Source: Geobacter metallireducens GS-15 (GTDB taxonomy: Bacteria; Desulfobacterota; Desulfuromonadia; Geobacterales; Geobacteraceae). From it: DNA of 32,000 nt. Location: contig NC_007517.1 in the NCBI RefSeq assembly GCF_000012925.1, positions 3,450,001 to 3,482,000 of the forward strand, written 5' to 3'. The position numbers and the translations under genes were made by a program. The notes under the pieces are model-generated. The model saw only the letters and a list, made by a program, of their open reading frames with translations. It searched no databases and had not been told where the DNA came from. Shown in pieces: positions 1 through 8,913 of this stretch (position 1 is the first letter of the stretch; each line of letters starts with the position of its first letter).

Positions 1-168
1 CGGACAGCCTTATTTCTGGCGAGGGTAGCTTCGCTGCCTTGCTTCGCATTCCGAATGTTATGGTCAGCAACGGGACAAGTATAGTAGCCAACAGCAGCAA
101 CCGTTTGTTGCTCCCGCGTTGCGATAATCCCCCGTCTCTTTCTTCTGTCGACATCTACCCCTCCCTGG

Positions 169-825
169 TCAGCCTAAAGATCGCCCGCCCCTCGCACAGG
201 CACAAGTTCGCCCTGCCGCCACCCGTTCAAGATAGGCCGGCACTGCCTTCTTCGCCACGCCGCCGAGGGAGTGCATGAGCTCAAAGGTGACCTGCCTGAG
301 GCGATAGGTTTCCTTGAGTTCCCCGATCATCGCCGTCCAGAGCTGGGCGGTCATTTCCGCATCGGCGAGAGCCCGGTGGAAGACTCCGTCTGTCTGGAGG
401 CTGAGGTGGCTGACCAGCGTCTCCAGGCGGTGGTTTGGGGCATTGGTGTAGATCCGGCGGGCAGCGAGCATTGAGCAGGCAAAGTCCCCGGTCCGTCTCC
501 TGCCGATGCGGGAGAGTTCGGCGTCCAGGAAGCGGCGGTCGAAGCTCGCGTTGTGGGCAACCAGGTTGTGGCCGGCAATGAAGGAGGCAAACCGCTCCAT
601 CACCTGCTCCGCAGGTGGGGCCTTGGCCAGCATCTCATTGGTGATGCCGGTGTATTCCTCGATGAAACCGCTCACCCTCTTGCCGGGATTCATGAGACTC
701 TGGAATCTGTCAACAATCCGGTTGTTCCGGACCAGTACCGCACCGATCTCGATGGCCCGGTCGCCATAGCCAGGTGAGAGGCCAGTTGTCTCGAAGTCGA
801 GGATGACGGCGGTAAACTTCCCCAT
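169..825 (-). CDS. DnaQ-like DEDDh 3'-5' exonuclease (DNA polymerase III epsilon-subunit family)
   Basis: 218-aa ORF with Exo I '[10 protein letters not shown]', Exo II '[13 protein letters not shown]' and Exo III '[13 protein letters not shown]' motifs. Its ATG (823-825) shares one base with the TGA (825-827) of the upstream IHF-like ORF. Confidence 0.85.
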   Translation of the reverse strand: MGKFTAVILDFETTGLSPGYGDRAIEIGAVLVRNNRIVDRFQSLMNPGKRVSGFIEEYTGITNEMLAKAPPAEQVMERFASFIAGHNLVAHNASFDRRFLDAELSRIGRRRTGDFACSMLAARRIYTNAPNHRLETLVSHLSLQTDGVFHRALADAEMTAQLWTAMIGELKETYRLRQVTFELMHSLGGVAKKAVPAYLERVAAGRTCACARGGRSLG

Positions 826-1105
826 CAGGACTCCCCGTTGATGGAGTTCTTGAGGACCGCACTGGGCTTGAATGTCAGCACTCGCCGGGACTGGATGGTG
901 AGCGCCTCGCCGGTCTGGGGATTGCGCCCCCGCCGGTCCGCTTTCCTTTTTACTTCGAAGTTGCCAAAACCGGTGATCTTTATCCTGTCTTCCCGCTCAA
1001 GGGTCTTCTTGATTTGCTCAAGGAGCACTTCGACCATCTCGTCCGCTTCTCTCCTTGAATAGCTCCCTTGGTGCTCACCAGTTCTGCAATCTCTTCTTTT
1101 GTCAT
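825..1105 (-). pseudogene. IHF/HU-family DNA-binding protein with an apparent 1-nt frameshift (or sequencing error) near codon 15
   Basis: An ATG at 1105 opens 'MTKEEIAELVSTKG', a typical IHF N-terminus, but that frame stops after about 38 codons. The rest, '[67 protein letters not shown]', is in another frame (track ORF 825..1037). The span is 281 nt, not a multiple of 3. The switch point maps to the C3/G3 run at 1065-1067. The two parts align colinearly with the intact paralogue at 1422..1715. Confidence 0.55.
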
Positions 1106-1421
1106 GGGGTTACGCTTCCTCCCATTGCTTATCGTTTTTTAATCGCGGGAATTTACCACAAATTCATCGGGCAGAGGAAGCTTTCTGCGCAACACACCAT
1201 TGGCGTAACCGGTTGCGCTGATAGGATGTTAATCGGCATGGAACTTTGACCCACTTTGAGGGGTAATCGGCGTCCAAGAGTGACCCACCACTTAACAGGC
1301 TATCTTGTTGATATTGCGATTTTATTTATGTTGTTACCAGGGTCAACCTTGCTTGCCGATGGCGGGTCAATCCACGATGCCGATTAACAATCCACTACCA
1401 ATTCATGGAGAGGTCCGGGAG

Positions 1422-1715
1422 ATGACGAAAGCCGATTTAGCCGACAAAATTCAGGAAAGGATCTCTTGCCAGAAGAAGGAAGCCGTTGAATTGGTGGAAC
1501 TCGTCATGGAATCGCTCAAGGATGCCATTGCGACCGAAGGACTTGTGAAGATCAGCGGTTTTGGAAATTTTGTCGTTCGGCAGAAGACGGATAGAGCCGG
1601 AAGGAACCCGCAGACCGGGGAGACAATTACCATTTCATCTCGGAAGGTTCTGACGTTCAAACCAAGCGTGATCTTGAAAAATCGGATAAATTCCAGCTTG
1701 ATGTCAAGTGACTGA
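1422..1715 (+). CDS. IHF/HU-family DNA-binding protein (IHF-alpha-like), island-borne paralogue
   Basis: An internal ATG at 1422 is preceded by GGAG/GGGAG (1407-1421). The product 'MTKADLADKIQERISCQKKEAVELVELV...[37 protein letters not shown]' carries the GFGxF and R-x-GRNPxTGE signature. The 39 upstream codons of the track ORF (1305..) look non-coding. Confidence 0.85.
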   Translation: MTKADLADKIQERISCQKKEAVELVELVMESLKDAIATEGLVKISGFGNFVVRQKTDRAGRNPQTGETITISSRKVLTFKPSVILKNRINSSLMSSD

Positions 1716-1720
1716 TAGCA

Positions 1721-4702
1721 TTAGTCTCGTTGAACAAAGAACGGGGAAAGGTTTATCATTGCTTCCCGTGCCTTCATAATATCAGTCCCAACCTTCCGTG
1801 AAAGAATTTCAACAAGGTCTTCTTGATTCGGTTGACCGAGTACCATCCTATAAAGAAGACGCTGCTGCTTCAACCATTCTAATCGCTGGTGTTCCTCGCT
1901 AAGAGGAACACTGAAGATCCATCTTCTTGATTGAGCACCATTGCAAACCCACCAGGGTGACATTCCTGATTTATCGCTGAGAGTATCGTGCGCAAGACGC
2001 TCAAGCGTTTCCCACGGACTCCCAGAATTAGTCTTCCCGTAGATATCTACTTTAGATGCAATCGCCTGCCGAATACATAGTCCACCAAACCTTTGAATAC
2101 GACCCTCCCGCTGTTCCAAGTCAACAGGGTTCCTCGGAAGATCCCAATGAACCACAGTGTCGCACCAAAGGTGGAAATCCAGACCTTCCTGACCTACGGA
2201 CGTTGTTACTAAGACGTGAGGCCAGAATGGCGAATTAAAAGCCTTTTGAAGATCCTCAGTCCGCAACTGAGCTTCACCACCCTCTTGGAGGGCACCCTCC
2301 TTCATATCAATAAACGGCAGAGCAGCGTGGCAGCGCAAATTAAATGACGTTTCTCCGCTTGCAGCAGGAGCAGTTAACCTGAAAGATCCTGTTCGCAGCC
2401 TGAGAGCAGTCCGAAGCGCCTTTAAAAGATCTGATCCCTCGGCACCTCGCGTCTTCCGCAATATCCAGAAATGTTCGTCGAGAACGGCTTCAAGATTGCC
2501 ATCTTTCACCGCCTTACGTATTGCGTCCGGATAGGTATCATCTCTCGCTTCAAGTGCTGCAGCAAATACGGGGTGATCGAGGTATGACCTGAAGCCGTTC
2601 CATGACAGATCGAGTGTTTCGGCAAACCCTGATGCAGTTACCGCATCCGGCCAGTGTCTCTTCAAGGCACGCGCCAGAACAACCCCGGGCGATGAAAGAG
2701 CGTAATCTACAAGGTCTTCCAACTCTTTCGGGGTGACATGACCAACAGGTTTCCCTGCTTCATCCTCCCACTTCTTTACTGCGGCAGAAGAACCGGCCCC
2801 GAGAATGTCACGGCCTGCCGTCAGCGCTGCACGCCAGGCCGCTCCGATGAATCGCGCAGGTTTTGTATATTCAGCATCCAGGCGCGCAAGAAGTATCCAC
2901 GTTCGTCGCGCTTTTCCGCTTGATTCGACAGAAATTCCGAGATCCTTCAGTGCCTTTTTGATTTGGTCACGAACATTTTTCTTCAATCTGTCTGGGGCAC
3001 TCAATGTCACCAGAGGATCGATTTGAGAAAGAAAGATGGAGGGATGAAAGAGGCCAAGCAGTTGGGGCCGCTTCGGAGACGGTTGAAGAAGGCGCCTTTT
3101 GGAAACGCTTTCATAAACAACGTTAGTCCCACGCGCAGAAGCTACTTCCACGTCATAACTAAGTAAAGCAGCAACTGCCTGTGGAACGGCCCGGAAACGA
3201 CTGAACACCAACGCCTTGCCAGTCGTCTTTCCTTTCCATTTTCCTCGGAGGGGCCACCATGGGAATGATGGCGATACCCATGGCAAAGAGAGGGATTCCG
3301 GAGAAAGTCGTTGACGTAACGCGCGCATTTTTGGATGAGGGGGATCAAATGGCTTGAGTTTATCGCGAGATGATTTGCGGAACCAGGAAATGCCGCGTCG
3401 AGGTATGCATTTGGCATGGCGACGCGCAACGTAACGGATTGACATAGTCTGCATCGGGATTGGAATTGAGGACCAATAAGGAACCGCCCACGGATGGTGA
3501 CGCAGTTGGAAACAGTCGGCAAGATGTTTAAACGTCTTGATGTCTGCGCTGATCACTGACGAGGGAAGGTGTTCTGTTCGGAAATCATCCCAACCATCTG
3601 GATGCGCCCCCCTCTCTGTCCGAGCGACAATACACGAAAGAAGTGACTCAATTTCTATTTTTGCGACAGCTGCTTCAGATGAGGTAGGCGTACCCTTTCG
3701 AATTTCTTTTTCCAACACCCCAAAAGATTTCTGGCACCTGCCCAGACGAACTCCGCAATCATCAACATTTCCCCACAGAAATTTCAGAAGGCTGAGAAAT
3801 TCCGTATGGTGAGCGCTGCCTTCCGACTCTTCCCAACGACGGGAATACATCCTGTAGGGAGTTGCAGACAACAGCAGCAAACCAGGCCGACAAGAAGGGT
3901 CATCACCTCTCAGGACATTGATAACCCGTTTTTCTGCATTGTCGAGATCCGGCGCCAGAAGATCCCGAAAGCGTTGGAACTCGTCAAAAATTACCAGGTC
4001 GGGTGTTAATGTCCTTATTGCACATGCCGCTAGAGCATTTCGGAGGTGTGCTACAAAATCGAGTGCCTTTTTCGATTGAATTTCCAGGTTCTGAACGACG
4101 GACTGGCCTTTTCCAATGTCGAACTCCTCGCGAACAGATCGGATAAAGGACTTCAGCAGTGTGTCCGTAACTTTACTACGTTGCGTATAGACCGCAGCGC
4201 CCCAGGATCTTGAAGCTGAGCGCCGAAACACCTTTTCATCAACCAATTCAAGAAGCTCTGGCCACGCTGACTCTATAAGCGCAAAAATCAACGCCCGTTC
4301 TTCACATCGACCAGCACTTTTTCGTTTGCCACTTCTGAGAGGAATTGATGTATCCGGGGTGAGAGTGTAAATAGCAAGTTGTCTGTCCGAAGGCTTGACC
4401 GATGTCGCCATGAGGGTCAGACGATCCGTACGACTGGTGGCCGAATCTCTTCGATCATGCGGAATTACTTCCAGCAATTTGTTGCGATTCTGACGAGCTA
4501 CAGTAAGGTTACTGCAGACATAAAATACAACCAGCGGCCGAGTTTTTCCCTCCATCATCTTTTTAACAAGTGCCTGAGCAACAACAGTTTTCCCAAGGCC
4601 AACTTCATCGGCAACCAGAAACCGGCGTGATCCGTTTGGATCATGAAAGGCTTTCAGAATTCGAGCAACAGTTGCTTCCTGAAAAGGTTTCGGGTCGCTC
4701 AT
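1721..4702 (-). CDS. SNF2/SF2-family helicase-ATPase, last gene of the seven-gene defence operon
   Basis: 993 aa. Motif I is 'ADEVGLGKT' (about 4586-4600), motif II 'VIFDEFQRF', motif III 'LLLSATPY', and motifs V/VI 'LVTTSVGQEGLDF ... DLPRNPVDLEQREGRIQRFG'. The start lies 4 nt after the stop of the PLD gene. Confidence 0.85.
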   Translation of the reverse strand: MSDPKPFQEATVARILKAFHDPNGSRRFLVADEVGLGKTVVAQALVKKMMEGKTRPLVVFYVCSNLTVARQNRNKLLEVIPHDRRDSATSRTDRLTLMATSVKPSDRQLAIYTLTPDTSIPLRSGKRKSAGRCEERALIFALIESAWPELLELVDEKVFRRSASRSWGAAVYTQRSKVTDTLLKSFIRSVREEFDIGKGQSVVQNLEIQSKKALDFVAHLRNALAACAIRTLTPDLVIFDEFQRFRDLLAPDLDNAEKRVINVLRGDDPSCRPGLLLLSATPYRMYSRRWEESEGSAHHTEFLSLLKFLWGNVDDCGVRLGRCQKSFGVLEKEIRKGTPTSSEAAVAKIEIESLLSCIVARTERGAHPDGWDDFRTEHLPSSVISADIKTFKHLADCFQLRHHPWAVPYWSSIPIPMQTMSIRYVARRHAKCIPRRGISWFRKSSRDKLKPFDPPHPKMRALRQRLSPESLSLPWVSPSFPWWPLRGKWKGKTTGKALVFSRFRAVPQAVAALLSYDVEVASARGTNVVYESVSKRRLLQPSPKRPQLLGLFHPSIFLSQIDPLVTLSAPDRLKKNVRDQIKKALKDLGISVESSGKARRTWILLARLDAEYTKPARFIGAAWRAALTAGRDILGAGSSAAVKKWEDEAGKPVGHVTPKELEDLVDYALSSPGVVLARALKRHWPDAVTASGFAETLDLSWNGFRSYLDHPVFAAALEARDDTYPDAIRKAVKDGNLEAVLDEHFWILRKTRGAEGSDLLKALRTALRLRTGSFRLTAPAASGETSFNLRCHAALPFIDMKEGALQEGGEAQLRTEDLQKAFNSPFWPHVLVTTSVGQEGLDFHLWCDTVVHWDLPRNPVDLEQREGRIQRFGGLCIRQAIASKVDIYGKTNSGSPWETLERLAHDTLSDKSGMSPWWVCNGAQSRRWIFSVPLSEEHQRLEWLKQQRLLYRMVLGQPNQEDLVEILSRKVGTDIMKAREAMINLSPFFVQRD

Positions 4703-4706
4703 GATA

Positions 4707-6482
4707 TCAAACCAGCCCCTGTGTAATCATCTTCCATAATTCCTGAAATTTCTCAATTTCCGCCAGCTCCTCTGGGGTAGCATCGGTTTCATGTTGTTCA
4801 AAAGCCTTCAGAAAGGAGGTAACGCGTAGGTTTATATCGGCAAGCGTTTTTCGGTTTCTGGTCCACGCTCGAAGAATATCTTCAAGAGATGGCGCAATTA
4901 ACTCCATTTGGAATGAAACTCCGGAATCAGTTGAACCAGTTTTATCCGAAGTCCAGTCACCACCGCCATCACTCCCAGCATTATCGAGGAGAAGACTTCT
5001 CAGCCACTGAAGAAACATTCTTGGCCCAAGGTATGAAGCAAAGGCAAGCCGATCCCGTTCTTCACCAAGTGGAGGATTAACAGGAACTCGCTGGCACCAT
5101 TCCTGGGATTTTTCATTCAATGACAGGCGTATATGAATGAATTCACTATCACGCGGTCTCGGGACCAGGGGAAGAATAAGCGATGAAGCCCCCCTTGGCC
5201 ATGTATGTAATGCCTCTCCGAGAATGCCAACTTCCAGTTCGATCGCTGGCTTATGTGGATGAGGCGGGACCTTTGCGACAAGTTCATTTCTATCCGCATG
5301 AATTTGCCGCTGAACATCCCAGATTGCAGCAACCTCATTTCGAGCGTCCGCCAAATCTTTCTCGGTAGGATCGTCTGGATCGATGACCGGGGGCATGGAC
5401 GAATCAAACTCTTGAGATGAATCTGCAAAAGTGCGTAAACCTTTATAAACGGTCTCGTCCACGGTGAGTTCAGCTAATACCTCGTAATTCTCACTCCAAC
5501 CTCTTGTAGTCGCATTTGCGCTCCCAACCCACAAAGTGCGCCCCAAAGAATGCTTAACGGACAATATTTTCGCATGCAGTCCACGGGAAACATCTTCATC
5601 TGATTCCATAGCCTCGTCAAACTCAGGATGCGGTTCATCGGTAAGGGCCTCATCCAGGTACAACATTTCGGCATATGAAGAGAGTGGTTTCTTCGCTTGA
5701 GCTAGAAGTTTCGCCAGTGCAGTACCCGTTGAGAGTATTGTTCGATGAGTTTTTTCGTCTGCCCCCCAGCTTCCGAACTTTCGTACCGTGTTAGCATCCA
5801 AAAAAGGACTCACCAATAAGAGCTCGGATACACCTTTCGGTTCGGATGGGATATCGCGAAGTTCACCGGGGCAAAACAACTTGACATCTTTAACAGAAGT
5901 CCCTGCCGGCGCGTCCCATTGTACACCAGCGACCTTTAAGCGTATTATTTCAGGGAGTTCTGCGAATTCGGCGAGCTTCTTGACAAGTGGAGGTATGCCA
6001 GGAACTATGGTTCCCCGCTGGCCAGGGGTTCCAGTAAGGAGAATTCCCGTATCCCACGAAATATCTTGAGTCAGATTCCGGCTTCCCAACCAAAGCCGCC
6101 ATACCAGTCGACCATCGGCATCATTCCGATAACTGACGACTGTTGTTTTCGGATGCCACGATCTTTTTCTTTCATCAGCAGGAACCTCGCGAATGAATTG
6201 ATCACAAATGCCAATAATTCGGGAGGTCTTTCGTGGAAGGGAAACCCTTCCTCTCTGCACAACAAATCGGACACGTCGTCTCAGCATTTCGCAAGCATCA
6301 GCAAGATCCATCTTTGTGCCTGAACCACGATCATCATCCAGGCCAGCAAATGCCAGAAGTGCGGCAACTACAGCAACAAGATCGGCAGAGTAGGTAGCAA
6401 CTACTGCATACTCCACTCTCCAGCCGGGATCAGGTCTGATTGCATCTAGGTATGGCAAGCTGTCCCAATTTTGCCTGGTCAT
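4707..6482 (-). CDS. PLD-superfamily protein with two HKD motifs (single-chain nuclease-type PLD)
   Basis: The motifs are 'WHPKTTVVSYRNDADGRLVWRLWLGSRNLT' (about 6075-6155) and 'LHAKILSVKHSLGRTLWVGSANAT' (about 5514-5576). The track ORF starts at a TTG at 6527. The ATG at 6482 gives a classic ATGA overlap with the stop of the upstream ORF (6479-6481), so it is preferred. Confidence 0.8.
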   Translation of the reverse strand: MTRQNWDSLPYLDAIRPDPGWRVEYAVVATYSADLVAVVAALLAFAGLDDDRGSGTKMDLADACEMLRRRVRFVVQRGRVSLPRKTSRIIGICDQFIREVPADERKRSWHPKTTVVSYRNDADGRLVWRLWLGSRNLTQDISWDTGILLTGTPGQRGTIVPGIPPLVKKLAEFAELPEIIRLKVAGVQWDAPAGTSVKDVKLFCPGELRDIPSEPKGVSELLLVSPFLDANTVRKFGSWGADEKTHRTILSTGTALAKLLAQAKKPLSSYAEMLYLDEALTDEPHPEFDEAMESDEDVSRGLHAKILSVKHSLGRTLWVGSANATTRGWSENYEVLAELTVDETVYKGLRTFADSSQEFDSSMPPVIDPDDPTEKDLADARNEVAAIWDVQRQIHADRNELVAKVPPHPHKPAIELEVGILGEALHTWPRGASSLILPLVPRPRDSEFIHIRLSLNEKSQEWCQRVPVNPPLGEERDRLAFASYLGPRMFLQWLRSLLLDNAGSDGGGDWTSDKTGSTDSGVSFQMELIAPSLEDILRAWTRNRKTLADINLRVTSFLKAFEQHETDATPEELAEIEKFQELWKMITQGLV

Positions 6483-7696
6483 GATGCACTTCTTAAATCC
6501 GACAGAATCCTTCGGACGTTGTACCAACGGTATGAAAGCGGTTCGGCGAGAGTATTGTCTTCAATTCCCCACTCCGCTCTACGTTTCTTGGCCGCAGGCG
6601 TTGAAGGTAATCTTGACCTAGTGCCCTTACGACGTATTTCAGCCTTTTGATAAACCTCCAGAAGATCCAAATAATTGTGCCCTCCCTTATTCAGCCACAA
6701 TTGGGTCTCGCGAAGAAGTGTGGTGAATTGTGGTGGAATACCCGGGATATCTTGCTCAACGGAGCTAATATCAAGATTTTTCGCAGGAGTTATGTACTGA
6801 GGGATAGTCTTGAGAATTTGTTTCCGGTGGTGACTTGGCGTTTCATTTCCATCACGTTCTCGTAATTCTTCTACAAGTGCCGAATAGATCGCACGGCCAA
6901 TGGCAGCGAGTGCGGAAGCTCGTCCAGCTCGTCTTAGCGCTGCACGATCATCAGTATCAGCAATAGCCATGACCGTACGATCCCAAGGGGATTGAATTTC
7001 TTCCACCGGCAGGGCTCGCTCAACCAGTGATGATAGCAATGACGTTTTGTCTGGGGTTCCGGGCCTGGTAACAGCACTCAAATGTCGCCGTAGAAACGCA
7101 GCCTCGTCAGGCTGTATATCAAACGTGAGAGAAGCGCTCTTATCCGTCCACTCTTTTGGTGGTCTTGGAATGCTTGAAAATAACTCCAATCCTTCTTCGG
7201 TAGGTTCGCCATCGTCATCTACAAGTTGAGGAACCATAGTGCGCTTCACCAACATTCGATTAACAACCGCCCTTCCAGGAATAGTGCCCGACATTGTCGG
7301 GCGAAGAATCCCCCATGTCCCCAGCGCTGTCCAGTAAACCATAGAAGCAGGCTGAGAAGTCGGACCGGGGTAAGACCTCCCCCCGATAACCCCATCTTGA
7401 CCGGTTCTCTTTAAACGTCCTGCGAGGCTGATCTCCATACGGGAAATGGCACGTTCCGGTGTTTCGCTCAGGTTTCTATTCCGTGCTTCTTCGTAAAGCC
7501 ATGGAACAAAGAGGATGTATCTTAGACGTGTTTGGAGAACTGAAGTCCCAGGGAAAAAACGGTTCGCATATCCCTGGTGAAGTGCGAGGAACCCGACTTC
7601 GTCTCGTACCCCCTGCTCATCGTTACGCAGTTTCGCCTCGGCCCGCCTCAAAGCATCTCGAGATAGCACCGTCCAACCTAATGCTGGCTCCAACAT
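6479..7696 (-). CDS. Hypothetical 405-aa protein, first gene of the helicase/PLD trio, with no catalytic motif recognised
   Basis: A long uninterrupted ORF. Its ATG lies 5 nt downstream of a perfect AGGAGG within the 11-nt spacer after jetD. The stop overlaps the PLD start (ATGA). The N-terminus contains 'FFPGTSVLQTRLRYILFVPW', and the C-terminus is basic. Confidence 0.7.
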   Translation of the reverse strand: MLEPALGWTVLSRDALRRAEAKLRNDEQGVRDEVGFLALHQGYANRFFPGTSVLQTRLRYILFVPWLYEEARNRNLSETPERAISRMEISLAGRLKRTGQDGVIGGRSYPGPTSQPASMVYWTALGTWGILRPTMSGTIPGRAVVNRMLVKRTMVPQLVDDDGEPTEEGLELFSSIPRPPKEWTDKSASLTFDIQPDEAAFLRRHLSAVTRPGTPDKTSLLSSLVERALPVEEIQSPWDRTVMAIADTDDRAALRRAGRASALAAIGRAIYSALVEELRERDGNETPSHHRKQILKTIPQYITPAKNLDISSVEQDIPGIPPQFTTLLRETQLWLNKGGHNYLDLLEVYQKAEIRRKGTRSRLPSTPAAKKRRAEWGIEDNTLAEPLSYRWYNVRRILSDLRSAS

Positions 7697-7698
7697 GC

Positions 7699-7704
7699 CC
7701 TCCT
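7699..7704 (-). promoter_or_regulatory. Shine-Dalgarno AGGAGG for the 405-aa ORF, inside the 11-nt jetD/ORF405 spacer
   Basis: The minus strand reads TGA-TATAGGAGGGC-ATG across 7710..7694. Confidence 0.6.
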
Positions 7705-7707
7705 ATA

Positions 7708-8913
7708 TCATTGGGTTTCTACAGCCGGCGTGAAAGGATTAACATTTTCCTGTTCTAGTGTCTTTGGCGGGTCTGTCGAAATGATAGCAGCCGCCAATAA
7801 AGCGATAGCCGGATATTTCTCAGCCGTCCGTTTGACTTCGTCCACCCGCAGGCTGGGTTTTGGCAGACCGCACGAGGCAAGGAGATCAACAGTCATTAAA
7901 TGAGGTTGCAAGGTCCGACGTAATAACCCTTGTACGTAGACAAATATTTTCAGTCCGCCCTCGTCAATATCCCCCCAATGGAAAAAAGGCATTCCAGATG
8001 GTAGTGAGACATCAAGCATCCGAAGAAAGTCAGCAAGACCTGGGGAGGGGAAGCCGGCTGTATAAAGAACAAGCCCGTTATCTCGAATCTCGGCGGCATA
8101 ACGATTGAAGCTTGCAAGATTTTCTACAGTCAGAACGTACTCTGGCAACTTATCGGCCGAAACTCCCCGAATAGCTTGAGGTGGCAATCCCACGAAAGGC
8201 CGAATGCCTTCGCAGTCGAGGTGACGGTCAGAAAGCTTCAAAACAACCGGCCCGCTAAGCAATAATGGAGGAGGAAATCTGACCAGCCCAAGCGTTTCTA
8301 ACAGCTCTTCGCCCGTCAGCTCTGTCGGATGGTATTTTTTCCAGACTGACGTAAATCGTGCCAGCATACCCTCCATAGCCTTGGAGTCCCCGAACTCGCG
8401 AGTACTGAACGTCCGCAGATCGAGATTGAGGTGACGGCCGGCGACAACCGCCTCCAATGCCCGGACCATCAGTCGGGCTGACGCGGTATCCCCCGGAGAC
8501 ATGCCAGCGGCCGACTGGTTTCGGCTCCACTTGCCGAGAAGGTCCTCAACCCATTCATTTATCCAAGTTTCTCGCCCGCTGAGCGCCGTTTCCAGTATGG
8601 AGCGGGCATCATCTGCCTGCTTGGCAGCCAGCGGCATCCCCAGATAATTGGCTAAGCCAGGACCATCTGTCAGGGTGATTCGTTTCAGAATGTGGCTTTC
8701 ATACCCTCTCCCCCATTCGAGCGCCACTGTCCCTGCCGAGGCTGCTTCAAGGAGCCCTGCGTGAATGGCCTCCTTAGCTTCAGGAAGAGACGCTTCAAAA
8801 TATTGTGGGGCCCTGGCTTGAGTGATTGGCAGTCGAACCAATCGGGAACGGTCGGGATTAGCCTGCCAGGCATCGAGGAGTTTCCTAAGGAGTTGACGGC
8901 TAGACTGGTTCAT
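7708..8913 (-). CDS. jetD: Wadjet JetD (MksG-like, Toprim-containing nuclease subunit)
   Basis: 401 aa. The C-terminal Toprim-like motifs are 'LTVENLASF' (acidic E) and 'FHWGDIDEGGLKIF' (DxD). It is the fourth gene after jetABC and overlaps the jetC stop by 14 nt. Confidence 0.8.
   Translation of the reverse strand: MNQSSRQLLRKLLDAWQANPDRSRLVRLPITQARAPQYFEASLPEAKEAIHAGLLEAASAGTVALEWGRGYESHILKRITLTDGPGLANYLGMPLAAKQADDARSILETALSGRETWINEWVEDLLGKWSRNQSAAGMSPGDTASARLMVRALEAVVAGRHLNLDLRTFSTREFGDSKAMEGMLARFTSVWKKYHPTELTGEELLETLGLVRFPPPLLLSGPVVLKLSDRHLDCEGIRPFVGLPPQAIRGVSADKLPEYVLTVENLASFNRYAAEIRDNGLVLYTAGFPSPGLADFLRMLDVSLPSGMPFFHWGDIDEGGLKIFVYVQGLLRRTLQPHLMTVDLLASCGLPKPSLRVDEVKRTAEKYPAIALLAAAIISTDPPKTLEQENVNPFTPAVETQ

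Noticed and set aside
1100-1140. TGTCATGGGGTTACGCT at 1100 as the possible opposite (left) end of the comM-inserted element
   Set aside because: Only the first 6 nt and a short GTTA(A)CGCT stretch resemble the right terminus, and no 22-mer repeats occur. The TGTCAT overlaps the start codon of the IHF-like gene. The flanking 5-mers (TCTTT versus GTTCC) do not match as a duplication, and the flank is not comM.
1305-1421. N-terminal 39-codon extension of the IHF ORF. Analogous upstream extensions occur for trxB (to 19866), queC (to 24680), the DUF2064 gene (to 22586), cls (to 26300) and the IS transposase (to 28278).
   Set aside because: Internal ATGs with good SD sequences give proteins that start exactly where the families normally start. 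The extensions are non-homologous or begin at TTG/GTG.
1721-7696. Assigning the helicase/PLD trio to DISARM or Mokosh
   Set aside because: DISARM should also have DUF1998 (DrmB), DrmA and usually a methyltransferase, and none is present. As I recall it, Mokosh uses an SF1/Upf1-like RNA helicase rather than an SNF2-type motor. Neither call is supportable from the sequence.
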